This document shows, in pieces, positions 1 through 15,789 of a DNA stretch of 23,441 nucleotides. The position numbers and the translations under genes were made by a program. The stretch's first letter is position 1. Each line of letters opens with the position of its first letter. The notes beneath the pieces were generated by a model. The model did no database searches and was not told the origin of the DNA. It was given only the letters and a program-made list of their open reading frames with translations. The DNA is from Folioceros fuciformis (lineage: Eukaryota). The stretch is from NCBI GenBank assembly GCA_049999805.1, contig JBNGIO010006119.1, positions 102,770-126,210 of the forward strand. Direction: 5' to 3'.

Positions 1-277
1 GATCCTGGATGGCGGTGCCAGGTTCTGGCATAAAGGAGTGGCTGTTATGGCAGCTGACTGTTTGTCGTTCAGATCCGATGTGACGGAAGTTCAAGTCACC
101 GTGAACTTGGATAGAAGAACTTGCCGTTTCACAATTAGACAAGATTCTGAAGGAGAATCTGTAGAGGTCAGCTCAGACGGTCCTTGGCTCGACATTCCTA
201 AGCTTATATACCCCGCTGTGAGTTTCCGCAACTCGTCTGGACGAGTTTCTCTGAGCCCCTGTGAGGCCACGTTCTGA
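1..277 (+). CDS. 3' end of a gene truncated by the window edge; SPRY/B30.2-like beta-sandwich C-terminus
   Basis: Frame is open from base 2 (ILDGGARFWHKG...) to TGA at 275-277. 'VQVTVNLDRRTCRFTI...LIYPAVSF' resembles the SPRY C-terminal pattern (xLDxxxxxxxF...LYPAVS). Pyrimidine/AT-richer 3'UTR-like sequence follows. Confidence 0.55.
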   Translation, partial: ILDGGARFWHKGVAVMAADCLSFRSDVTEVQVTVNLDRRTCRFTIRQDSEGESVEVSSDGPWLDIPKLIYPAVSFRNSSGRVSLSPCEATF

Positions 278-942
278 TGGAGAGCCGTGCTGTGCCTCCC
301 GTGCTCTCCCATTTTTGTATATCCGTAACGTCCTTAGGCCTCATTTTTCTTTCCCCCTGAGACCCTTTGTAATTCCAAGTTGGAACAAGTGTCACTTCTT
401 AAATCCTCAATGGGGAAGGAATTGTCCTTCCCACAGAGGTAGCTGCACAGGAAGGGGACAAAAAATAAGTAAGAAGATGTGCTCTCCACACGATTGTTGT
501 TGTAAGTCGGTGTCGAATTTGAGCATTGCGTATTCATGTTTTGCCACTACCACAGACATACAGGTGTAGGACGCAGGCTAGATACCTATTTTGTGAACAA
601 AAATAACCCCAGGGGTCCTGCGCTAATGCACTGGAAGCGGCTAATCTGAAACGAGGAGGTTTTCTTCAATGGCGGGAGACAAGTGGGAGGAAGCGCATGA
701 TAGCAGGCGGGCAGACAAAAAACAGTCTGCGTGCCTAAAAATCCTCAGCTACTTGTCACAACTCATCAACCTATTGAGGCACGAAATGGAAGACATCAAA
801 GTTCACAACCACATGTCCAATCACTGAGTGGAACTGCTGAAATGATCTCCTCGCCTTGTGAGCAGAACAGCAAGACAATCACTTGCTTCCCCCGAAGAAA
901 ACAAGCAGGGCCCTGTGCAGTACGGAGAAGGCCCCGACATCC

Positions 943-1605
943 TTACTCCATCACCACAGTAGCCCCCACGGCCTTGAGCTTCTCAATAATCTGCTCCGCC
1001 TCTTCCTTGCTCACTCCCTTCTTCAGAATGCAAGGCGTCTTCTCCACCAGCTCCTTGGCCTCCTTGAGACCTAGCGAGGTGAAGGTTCTCACCTCCTTGA
1101 TAACCTTGATCTTGGAAGCCGCGTCGTACTTGTCCAACTTCAAATCAAAAGCTGTCTTCTCAGGAGCCTTTTCCTCCACTCTAGGAGCCGCAGCGGCGCC
1201 CCCGCCACCGCCCCCTCCCATCATGGGAACCCCCATAGGCAAGTCCTTAAGCCCCAGCCGCTGCTTCAGCAGCTTGGTCATATCCGCCACCTCCAGCAGC
1301 GTCAGGGATGATATCTCGTCCACCAGACGAAGAATCTTCTCCGAAGGCGGGCTCCTCTGCTCGGTGGGATCCACCTCCGCCGGCTGCACAGCTGCCCGAA
1401 GTTTCTCCTTCCCCGCTCGGAACTCCCTCACAGCTGCATAATTGAATCCCCGCCTGCTCCATCCATCCGGCAGAGCTACCGGCCCCGGCAGCAGCTTCTC
1501 CTCCCAGCAGCCAGCCTGCGCCTGCCCGCGCATCGCCCTGGCATCCGCATATCGCCACCTCCCTCGTTGCAGCAAATGCCTGCCCCTCACCAGCCTGGTT
1601 GTCAT
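943..1605 (-). CDS. RPL12: Organellar (probably mitochondrial) 50S ribosomal protein L7/L12 (bL12), intronless, 220 aa
   Basis: ATG at 1605 (MTTRLVRG..., Arg-rich presequence-like). N-terminal dimerisation helix 'LVDEISSLTLLEVAD', Gly/Ala hinge, and C-terminal domain 'KIKVIKEVRTFTSLGLKEAKELVEK...KEEAEQIIEKLKAVGA'. Confidence 0.95.
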   Translation of the reverse strand: MTTRLVRGRHLLQRGRWRYADARAMRGQAQAGCWEEKLLPGPVALPDGWSRRGFNYAAVREFRAGKEKLRAAVQPAEVDPTEQRSPPSEKILRLVDEISSLTLLEVADMTKLLKQRLGLKDLPMGVPMMGGGGGGGAAAAPRVEEKAPEKTAFDLKLDKYDAASKIKVIKEVRTFTSLGLKEAKELVEKTPCILKKGVSKEEAEQIIEKLKAVGATVVME

Positions 1606-2023
1606 AATGCCGCCCTCGCCCGCCGCCTCCCCCGTCAAGATATCATGCCGCCACCTCCCTCACGGCTCCTCGGACCGCCGCATCGGCAGCAGTCACAACC
1701 ACCAGCCCCTCCGAATTTCTCTAGCACAAGATCCGCCTCCTTTCGCACGCACTAATCCTCTAATGGACCATCCACCGGCAGCAACTCTACAGCGAGACGC
1801 CAAGGCAGGCAGGCAAGCTCTACCCACGAACCTTAGGTCACACTCGCTCTTGCTCGACTGCCTCGCCTCACACACCCCCACGCTCTCCAGGCTACGAGAG
1901 CAGCGGATGCCGACCCGTAGATCGCCGCGCGAGGGATCCCTTTCCCGGCTCACCCGTTGCCGCCCTCCGTCGGCATCGCCAACTACGTCAGAGAAGCCAA
2001 ATTCAACCGCCGCGGACAATCTA

Positions 2024-2031
2024 AAACCCTA
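2024..2031. promoter_or_regulatory. Telo-box (AAACCCTA) upstream of the ribosomal protein gene
   Basis: Exact AAACCCTA about 420 bp 5' of the bL12 ATG. Telo-boxes are established elements in plant translation-machinery gene promoters/5'UTRs. Confidence 0.5.
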
Positions 2032-2452
2032 GCTGTCCCCACGGCCGCATCCTAATTCCCCTATAAGAATCCTTCCTATTCGCCCGCGTCTGCTTCCCAC
2101 ACTCCTACCGCAACTTTGTGCTGTCTACTGATTCTAGCGGTGATTGTTCACATCGGTTCACTCCTTCGCCAACATCTTGGCCAAGATGCTTATCGCTGCA
2201 AGAGCTTCTGCATCGTTGATACGACACCTCGTTCAAGGTTTATGTTTGTCCGTGACGATGCTCGGTTGATTGCGTTGGGGGGCTTGCGGCAATTTGCAGA
2301 GTAATCGAGAGAAAGGAAGACTCGTGCTTTACTTGACGTTCTTTTAGGAAGAGCCAGAGGCCGACATCGGAGAAGAAAATTGAGGATCGGACGCCGCAGG
2401 AAGAAGCGAGAGCCGGTATGTTACAAGGCTTGGGAAACACTGAATCTGCTAT

Positions 2453-3609
2453 CTAGGATCCAGGAACAAAGTTGGTGGCGTAGCTCCAAGCATTGTTGGC
2501 CACGGGGTTGTCGAGGTGATCCAGGAGGTTTTCCAGCGGGCCCTTCCCGGTTACGATGGCCTGGACAAAGAAGCCGAACATGGAGAACATAGCGAGGCGG
2601 CCATTCTTGATCTCCTTCACCTTCAGTTCCGCGGCAACCTCGGGGTCGTCAGCCAGACCCAAGGGGTCGAAATACTTGCCTCCCGGGTACAAATCACCGC
2701 CAGAGCCGACACCGTCGAGCCCGTTAATGCGGTATGCCTCGGCTCCTCCCATGAGAACCACCTGAACGGCCCAGATAGCCAGGATGCTCTGAGCATGTAC
2801 CAGGGACGGGTTGCCAAGATAGTCCAACCCCCCATCGGTAAAGATCTGCGACCCAGCCTTGAACCACACCGCCTCCTTCAGGTCCACTCGGGAGTACTTC
2901 TGCAGCAACTCCGGCGTGATGCAGCCAAAGGCTCCCAGCATGGCCCATCGTCCGTGGATCAGCTGCACAAAAAGACACCGTAAGCAAGCATCACCAAAAC
3001 AATGCAACACGATACCACAGAAGCACAAAGAGCAGCAAAAACATCACAGGCAACACCAAATAAACACAAACCATCAATCTGCACAACACGGTGAAGACAT
3101 TGCCACACATCCCAACCATTACGGGACACAAGACCCCAACATTGCAGCACACCGCCAAGACATCTCACCGCAAGATGCTTGACAGGCAATGCTAACCTCA
3201 AGGGCGCGGTTTCTCGCGAAGGATTCGGGGTCGGCAGACAGACCAGCGGTGTCCCAGCCGTAGTCGCCCGGGAACTCCCCGGTCAGGTACGACGGCGTAG
3301 CGGCGGAGAAGGGGCCAAGGTACTTGGGGCGGTTGGGGCCATACCAGTAGTCGGCGCCCTGTGCAATTTCGCGGGAGACACAAGCACCTGGAAGCGTGAG
3401 TGCGAGGAGGAACGAGAGCCACCGCCGGAAGAGATACAGCGACGATAGGAGGATGAAAGTTCCATTACTCGTGACGAGACACGCATACGTACCATGGTAA
3501 CCTTAGCCTGGGCGGCCGGGAGCTTCTCGCGGAGAGCATTGCCCGATGCCGCGGAGCCGAGGAAGGAGCTCTTGGCCACGACGGGCGAAGCGACGGTCAT
3601 GGCGGCCAT
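2453..3609 (-). CDS. LHCB3: Light-harvesting chlorophyll a/b-binding protein Lhcb3 (262 aa; exons 3609-3493, 3358-3197, 2962-2453)
   Basis: Two phase-0 GT-AG introns. Transit peptide ending VTM, then '[14 protein letters not shown]...[18 protein letters not shown]', '[10 protein letters not shown]' and '[19 protein letters not shown]'. The short mature N-terminus and '[25 protein letters not shown]' loop are Lhcb3-diagnostic. Confidence 0.93.
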
Positions 3610-3680
3610 AGCTGCAAGCAGATGCCGAGCCTACCGAGGTTCGTCAGCTGCGAACGTTGCAACGGTGATGTGAGGCCCCG

Positions 3681-3806
3681 TTTATATGATGCCAGCGGGA
3701 GCGCTAAAACTGGGCGGGCGAATAGCCGCGTTATCCTGAGAGCCAGTGCCCGGGCGCGAAATGGTGCAAGGCCCGGGCCTGGGATCTAATGGGCCTCGCC
3801 CATTGG
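3681..3806 (-). promoter_or_regulatory. Lhcb-type core promoter: CCAAT box (3806-3802), GATA/I-box GGATAA (3736-3731), TATAAA (3686-3681)
   Basis: The three motifs occur on the minus strand in the CCAAT-GATA-TATA order known from LHC promoters, with the TATA box ~72 bp upstream of the ATG. Confidence 0.6.
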
Positions 3807-4051
3807 TGGCCGACCGCCTTGGCTGTATGCGCCGTTGGCGAAACTGGGGTTGGCGCTGTCCACGCCGCGCACCAACGGTTGTGTGCTCCGGGCCACAAGC
3901 GGGCCTGTGGTGGGCAGGTGCCAAGGGGTGAAAGACACTTTTTTCTTTTCCGCGAATTGGAATGAACATTATAGATGCCACTTCGTCTTCAAGGACGCTG
4001 GCGCATTAGAAACCGGACGACCTCATAACGAGCGGAAGCCGAAACTCCATC

Positions 4052-5907
4052 TCAATCGAAGGGGAAAGTTGTCCCTGCTGAAATGGCCGCCAGTCCCGCC
4101 TTGTAGCTGGGATATTGTAGCTCTATCTTCAGTTCCTTCTTCATTCGTCTATTAGCAACTCTCTTGCCCGAGGTTCCGACAGCCGTTCTTATCTCCGTGT
4201 CTTGCTTCACCGTGTCACAGCCTAGCCTGAGCTTTCTGGCGAATTCCATCACCACTGATCTTGGTGCTGGATCATCATCAACCACGTTGAAGATTTTCCT
4301 GCGGAGCAAGCTGGTGATACACTGTACGATACATCAAGGACGTCGAGTTGCTGAAGTACTTGCGAGCTTTACCCTGGCCCAGGAAGCTGCATGCTTGCCA
4401 GTATGGCTTGGCAGAGGTCCGCCACATGAATGCGAGACGTGTGTTGGTCACCCCGGCTCTCTCGGAGTTGCTGCCGGGCTGATAATTGGCCTTCTCGACC
4501 CACAGTCTCCCAGGCGCTGCAAAAACAACCACTTCATGGTGAAGAAAAAAAGTAGGAAGGCAGACTACGTGCTCTCAGGAGTTGAGCAATGCCAGAAGAA
4601 CACACCTCCGACCAGGTCCATATATGCCTCCAGGGCGAAAGACATGGACAGGTATGCCACTGTCAGATCCCAGCCGCAGCCAAGACTTCTCTGCCTCGAC
4701 TCTAGCCAATGCTCGACTCCCCGATGGCCGAACTTCTGCTCTGAAAGACACGGAGTCGGGAGGAAGTACTTACGGTGGCACGCAACGGTGTGAAAACACT
4801 CCTCAGGTTCCACTTACTCTTCGTCAACCCATTCGCCCTGGTGGTCTCCATATACACCTGCGTTAAGCATTCACACTTGTTTGACAGAAAGGAAACAGAC
4901 CGGGCATCACTCAAAGGTCTGCAGCAGGAACATGGGACACTGAATGGGAATGCCTGTCGATGAAAGAACACCAATCCACCGAAGCTTGCCGAGTGCTCCT
5001 AACTCCACCAGGTCTTCATAGTGGTTAGCCAGAACCTGCTTAGCACACACAGCTGGTCACAGTCCTAAAGCGTATCTCGGCACTGGTGAAGCTATCTGTG
5101 GGCTACATTAATGGTTTCCTGCTACTTTAAACGTTGAACCTCATGATGCCTGTAAAAAACATGGTCCACGGTCCAAACTTGCCGGATCTTTGTCAAAATC
5201 GCCAACTGGCGGCACAGAACTCAGTATGTGAGTTGCTTCCTGCAGTGCCCTTAAACCATCTTCCCTGCACAGAAAGTAGTTACTAGGCTTCAAGTTGAAG
5301 AGATTTTCTGCCTGCTGCAGACTCATACGATGCCAACACAAAGAGAGACGGGCACAACAAATGTGCTAGCGCAGAAAACTTACTGGAGTTCCTCACCATC
5401 ATTGTCAGAATTGAACTGGAAAACGTGGAATCCACGAAGCTCCAGAGCTTCTTTTTTCGCTTGGCTGCGGCACGTGCCTGACACTCTCCTAACAAGGCAC
5501 GACAGAAAGAAAGATATGCAGTTAGAAACTGAAAAAGCAGAAGCCTACATAAGGCAACCAGGTTTATACCACTTGCGACCTGGTTACCAGTTTGCTCTTC
5601 GCAGACAGGCAGCAAGGGCGAGGGCAGAATATCCCATCCCAAAAATGAAAATTCTTTTCTTTTCACCCCGGTGGCCCTCATTGTCAGACACTGACACTAA
5701 CTCTGATCTGCCACTTGCTCTTAGCCTCTGTTTGTTCTTCGAAGTTGACACTTCTAGCTCTTGCAGCTTAACTGTAAGAGTTAGTCTCGCTGGGACTCCA
5801 CATAAGCAAGCCTCCTGTTTACTCGTAGCTGCGGGTCCGGTTGAGAATCCGCAATTGCTTGGCTTTGGGCATCCTGCTAGCCTTGTTTGCGCCACCTGGA
5901 CAAACAT
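4052..5907 (-). CDS. NAD(P)-binding Rossmann-fold epimerase/dehydratase, YeeZ-like atypical SDR (384 aa; exons 5907-5588, 5488-5384, 5264-5183, 5035-4954, 4857-4818, 4740-4606, 4516-4373, 4298-4052)
   Basis: The spliced product contains 'IFIFGMGYS', 'VSGTCRS', 'LSSTGVYGD.QGEWVDE', 'FRPGGIYGPGRS', 'TSRIHVAD', 'FNVVDDDPAPR' and 'KRVANRRMKKEL...YPSYKAGL'. All exon phases are consistent (1155 nt). The N-terminus is transit-peptide-like and the start codon is less certain. Confidence 0.88.
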
Positions 5908-6636
5908 ATCTGCCAAGCATGCGAATGATGGGGAACGGGCCAAATTCAGAATGGAATCACTAAGAAAAGCTGGATAACTACTACCACCAGCTACTTCACA
6001 ACACCAGTGCCCCACCTTACTGTGCAAAACTCCACACCACGGTCCTCGTAGCCCTCAGCCTGAAGAAGGGAGAAAAGAACTGCAGCAACATATAGACACG
6101 AGCTTGCTCTGTGGCGGAAGACACCGGGAAAGCTTTCAAATGATACGTATGAAAGCCCTAGACACAGGTAACAGCACGCCAAATTCGTGGGAATGGTGCC
6201 TCTCTTGCGAGTGTGGACAGGCACCGCGAAGGGCAGGTTGAATATCATTCATACATCAGGTGGGCAGGATCCGAACATTAAGAGCAGCTAGGCCAGGCTT
6301 TTCACAACAAGTTAGAGCAAAACGCAAGACATGAGCGCTTTCCGCTTCCCCGATTTGTAACCTGGTCACATGGCATGCCCCTACTGTCCCGTCGCTGCAC
6401 AATAGGCCGGACCGTGTGTTCTCTCGATGTTCCACGCTTTAGTGTCAACTGGCGGACCTGATGAGAGGCTGGCGTCCTGTATGTACATCGTACGACTGTG
6501 CCTCTGAAAGTCAAAACGACATCCGCGCGAAGTGCGCAAGGCCGGGGGGATGCCGGGTTCGAAAATACAAATTAACGAATCTGTACAATGGCAGAATATC
6601 GCCGTTCAGGACCAGGCTATCTACAAATGTACAAAT

Positions 6637-12286
<5,650 letters not shown>

Positions 12287-13378
12287 TTTCTTCACTAGCA
12301 GATCTGTCCGGTCCTTACTACCAGGACACTGACAGCGATTCCGTTCTTAATGCCTATCACACCTTCCACAGACTACAGCCCCAGGTACCATGCCTCCTCA
12401 TCGAGTTCCATACCAATAAATTGAAGTACCAGGATACTCCACACTGCAAAACTTTAAGTGTCTAAAGTTTCACCCCACATACCAAAGAATAAAACTCCGT
12501 TCTTCAATTTTGAAACCCTGAAAGGAACTGCAGAGCTGAATTTCAGCACAGCAGTCAGCAAGATGTGTCGGAGACCAATCTAGAATCATCGGAAATTTCT
12601 CATACGGCTCAGGATGCAGCGTAAGACTCGAGATTCGTAGTCTGCACAAAAAAAAAAGCCCTAACCTTCACCTTCATCGGATACAAGGAACGCAGTTGCA
12701 AAAAAATCTCAAGCCAACCGGCGTTACCTGCTGTCAGTTGACCGACTGCAACATTCTAGAATTCTAGGCCATCCTATGTTCGCAAAAAGTCCAACGCAAA
12801 GAGAGATCCAAGAGTGATTCAGGCAGAAAAGGGAGGCGTGCACTTGACAGCCGCAAAAGAAAAATAATCGCACGCACTCGACAGTCACAAGAGAATCGGG
12901 CAATCTCAGCTCGTGCTACCAAGAAGCGAGCTGAGCAAAAATCATCCTGAATGCAGCTGAAAGCGGATGACTTTAAGATAGCAAGACACGCTGCAGGCCA
13001 GACTGTGAAGAAAACAGCACAAATTTCGTACCCATTAGCGATCCCCTTCTCCAAGGCTAGCAGCGACACGCCTGCTCTGGCTCAGGAATTCGAGGCTATG
13101 AAAGGAAGGATAGGCAGGATCCGAGCAGAAAATCCTCGCTCGACCCCACGGAAATATCTCGTGGAGACCGACAAGGTGCTACTGCCGGCCGGCCACAGGA
13201 CGCAGCGGGACCCTTTGTCTAGTAACTTTTCCGAACCTAACAGGTTCAGTGTAGAAAGGCACATTTCTGAGCCCGTTTTTCGAGCTGGAGGTTGCAGGTC
13301 TATCCAATGCGAAATTGCGAGCCTGTGTGACCGCGGTCCTATTGCCAGTGGTTGTGGCGGAGGAGTTGTGACGGCAGA

Positions 13379-15236
13379 ATGGGGCTGTTTGGGCTTGGGC
13401 GGTCGAAGGGCGGGAAGGGGGCGAAGCCCGCCCAGGCCAAGACATCCGCGGCAACGCTGCCTCCTGATTATTGGAAGAAGCGGCTGGAGCAGTACAAGCT
13501 GGAAGAGAAGTACCGGCCGGATTACAAAAGCTATCCCCAGGTGGATGAGGAGTTGAAAGATGATGGCATCTTCGAGCTTGCCAAAACACCGGAGGAGATT
13601 GAGGCCAACCGAAAAGAGATTGAGAAATTCAGGAACAATCCACTGGTCAAGTTTCTGATCAAGTCGGAGGAGCTTGCCGAGCAGGAACTTGCTGAAGAGC
13701 GGCTGCGGTATGACACCCCGACCAGGAAGGACGATGCCAAGATGTGGCGGAGCCTGCCGCACGTGCCGGGGCCTTACGGCGGCCCAGCGCTGCCCAGGAT
13801 GACACAGAACCGCATGGAGGACGTGCAGAAAAGGTTCTGGGATTTTTTCAAGCAATTCCAGTTCGGCTTGTGGGGATACAGGCAGCGTCCCTATCCGCCG
13901 GAGAAGCCCATTGATGTGCAGCAGGTGCTTGGATTCAACTGGCTGGATAAGCGATACTTCGATTGTGCGTTCTGCATTCCCTCTGCTAATGTGCCTTGAA
14001 AATGTCCACCGCGTCGTTGGAATGCTGGTTATCTTCTTTGATGCTTCGAGATTGGTCACCCGGAAAAATGCGCATGGCTTAAACCCTTCTTAAACCCCTG
14101 ACTCACTTTGCTCTAAAACCTCTCTTGTTAGCCTGTTCTGTTGCAAGGAGGAGGGACCTGCTAGAACCCAACGATGACTGCGGAGGTTGTACGCTCCTTC
14201 AAATCTGACCTGGTGCTGTTTGGGTGTACCGCAGTCACCATGAGGTCGGGAGGGTGGTATTACAAAGACCGATTGGGGCGGACTAGAGGACCCATGGAGT
14301 TGGTGAATTTGAAAACTGCCTGGGCTGCAGGCATCGTGGATAAGCATACGTTCATATGGGGCGATGACATGGACGAATGGGCCCCGATTGGCATGGTTTA
14401 TGGTCTACAGACCGCGATTGAAACTCCAGATAGTGAGCTTTGCACCTCTTCTGCGAAGTAAGTTGCTTCCTTACTGCTCGCTCTTGAGCCACTCTAATTG
14501 CTGTACGTGCTCTGCAGTCAAGCTTGCAACTGCTGGGACTGCCATTGTCCACAACATTGCCAGGGGACTGCCGATTCTGAAGCCAAAGAAGGGTCACGAA
14601 AAGAAATCATACAAGCAACTGCAGCAGGAGGCAATAGAGTTAAGGGATCGAGAAAACTCCGTCTTGAGGCTGGCAGGGGGAGTGTGGCCAGGTGAAAGAG
14701 CACCGAGCCACACCCACTTCTTATGGGCCGGTGGCGTTGAGCTTACTCAAATCCTAGAAGGAACACGGAAGCACATGCCTGACAGGTTCATTCCGTATGA
14801 TGTCAGGTATTTGGTTTCGTGAATTCTAGTCTCAATGGCAAGGTACCGCAACACGGTTTCGGCCTCTCATGCTCAATGTCTGTGCAGGAAGAGGCTCGCA
14901 CAGGAAATCCCTGGCTTGAGACCGTGGGAGGTGAACGATGTGGAGCAAGTCATGGATCTGATGACCTTCAACAAAGAATGGTTTCGCGAAGACTTGGGAG
15001 AATTCACTACCCGTGCAGACTATGAGCAAGACTGGTTCGAGACCTTCCAGGTACGCTACCTGTATCTGTTGAGTCCACAGAGACTGGAGTGGGTCCGAAG
15101 AAGCCGTGAGGATGGCAAGCACGACTTGACACTCTTCTCCATCTGGGTGTTGTTTCAGGAAAAGTGGGCAGAAATTTCTGAGGACATTGAAGCCGTGTTT
15201 GGAACTGGGGATGAACCTGCGGCCCAGTCGAAGTGA
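13379..15236 (+). CDS. TIC56: TIC56, chloroplast inner-envelope 1-MDa translocon subunit with GYF_2 domain (437 aa; exons 13379-13964, 14235-14432, 14518-14806, 14888-15050, 15159-15236)
   Basis: 'FWDFFKQFQFGLWGYRQRPYPPEKPIDV', 'GGWYYKDRLGRTRGP...LKTAWAAGIVDKHTFIWGDDMDEWAPI.MVYGL', 'GGVWPGERAPSH' and 'IPGLRPWEV' match TIC56 as recalled. Four GT-AG introns give 1314 nt in frame. Confidence 0.93.
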
Positions 15237-15789
15237 GTGATCTTAGCCTACGCAGACAGTTCTTAACAGGGTATCTATTTTAGTGTCCGGGTTCGAATTG
15301 ATCTCCAGTCTGTCCAGTGGGCTTCTCTGCCTTTAGTATGTACGCGCCGATGAGAGACGTCGGCAGTTTCTTAAGTTGCCTTGAAAATGTATTATCTCGT
15401 TCTGGCCACCTCGCTGCTTTTGCCCCTGTGACCGGATCCTGGAAACCGTGCCATTTCTGGTCCTTTCGACAGATCGAACGGAAACTTGAATAGCGGAAAT
15501 TCGTGGATGACAATAAACATTTGATCCCCGTTTCCGCAGCGTCTGCATGGCCTCCTCCCATGCCAGCCACTCTGCACTCCGTTGTATAATGTAAGAACAG
15601 TGACCGTGTATTCGTCGACAGCTTGTCGGCAGGTTGCTGTTGGGTAGATTGGCCCAATGCTATGCAAGTGTGTTTGAAAGGGTTTCCATCTACGTACGGT
15701 GGCATATGCTCGATCTGCATTGGAGATGAAAGGTAATTCGCCGATTGCAGAGAAGCATCACTGAGAATGGGTTGCTGTTTCCTAGCTCA

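Noticed and set aside
731..2032. Long plus-strand ORFs (731-1441, 1442-2032)
   Set aside because: They are antisense shadows of the GC-rich bL12 CDS and leader, with non-ATG starts and no recognisable motifs.
2963..3196. Strongly C/A-skewed tract yielding Gln/His-rich and Cys/Val-rich ORFs
   Set aside because: This is Lhcb3 intron 2 (G/U-rich on the sense strand). I could define no repeat unit or snoRNA box pair.
4630..4640. Pro in 'FRPGGIYG' where Leu is often seen, resembling a C-to-U editing site
   Set aside because: This is a nuclear, intron-containing gene, and RP is common at this position in extended SDRs.
13379..13408. TIC56 N-terminus MGLFGLG as an N-myristoylation signal
   Set aside because: Only Gly2 fits, and there is no Ser/Thr at the preferred position, so support is too weak.
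12951..14059. ORFs 12951-13556 (+) and 13082-14059 (-, 325 aa)
   Set aside because: They overlap TIC56 exon 1 in another frame or antisense, and have no domain features.
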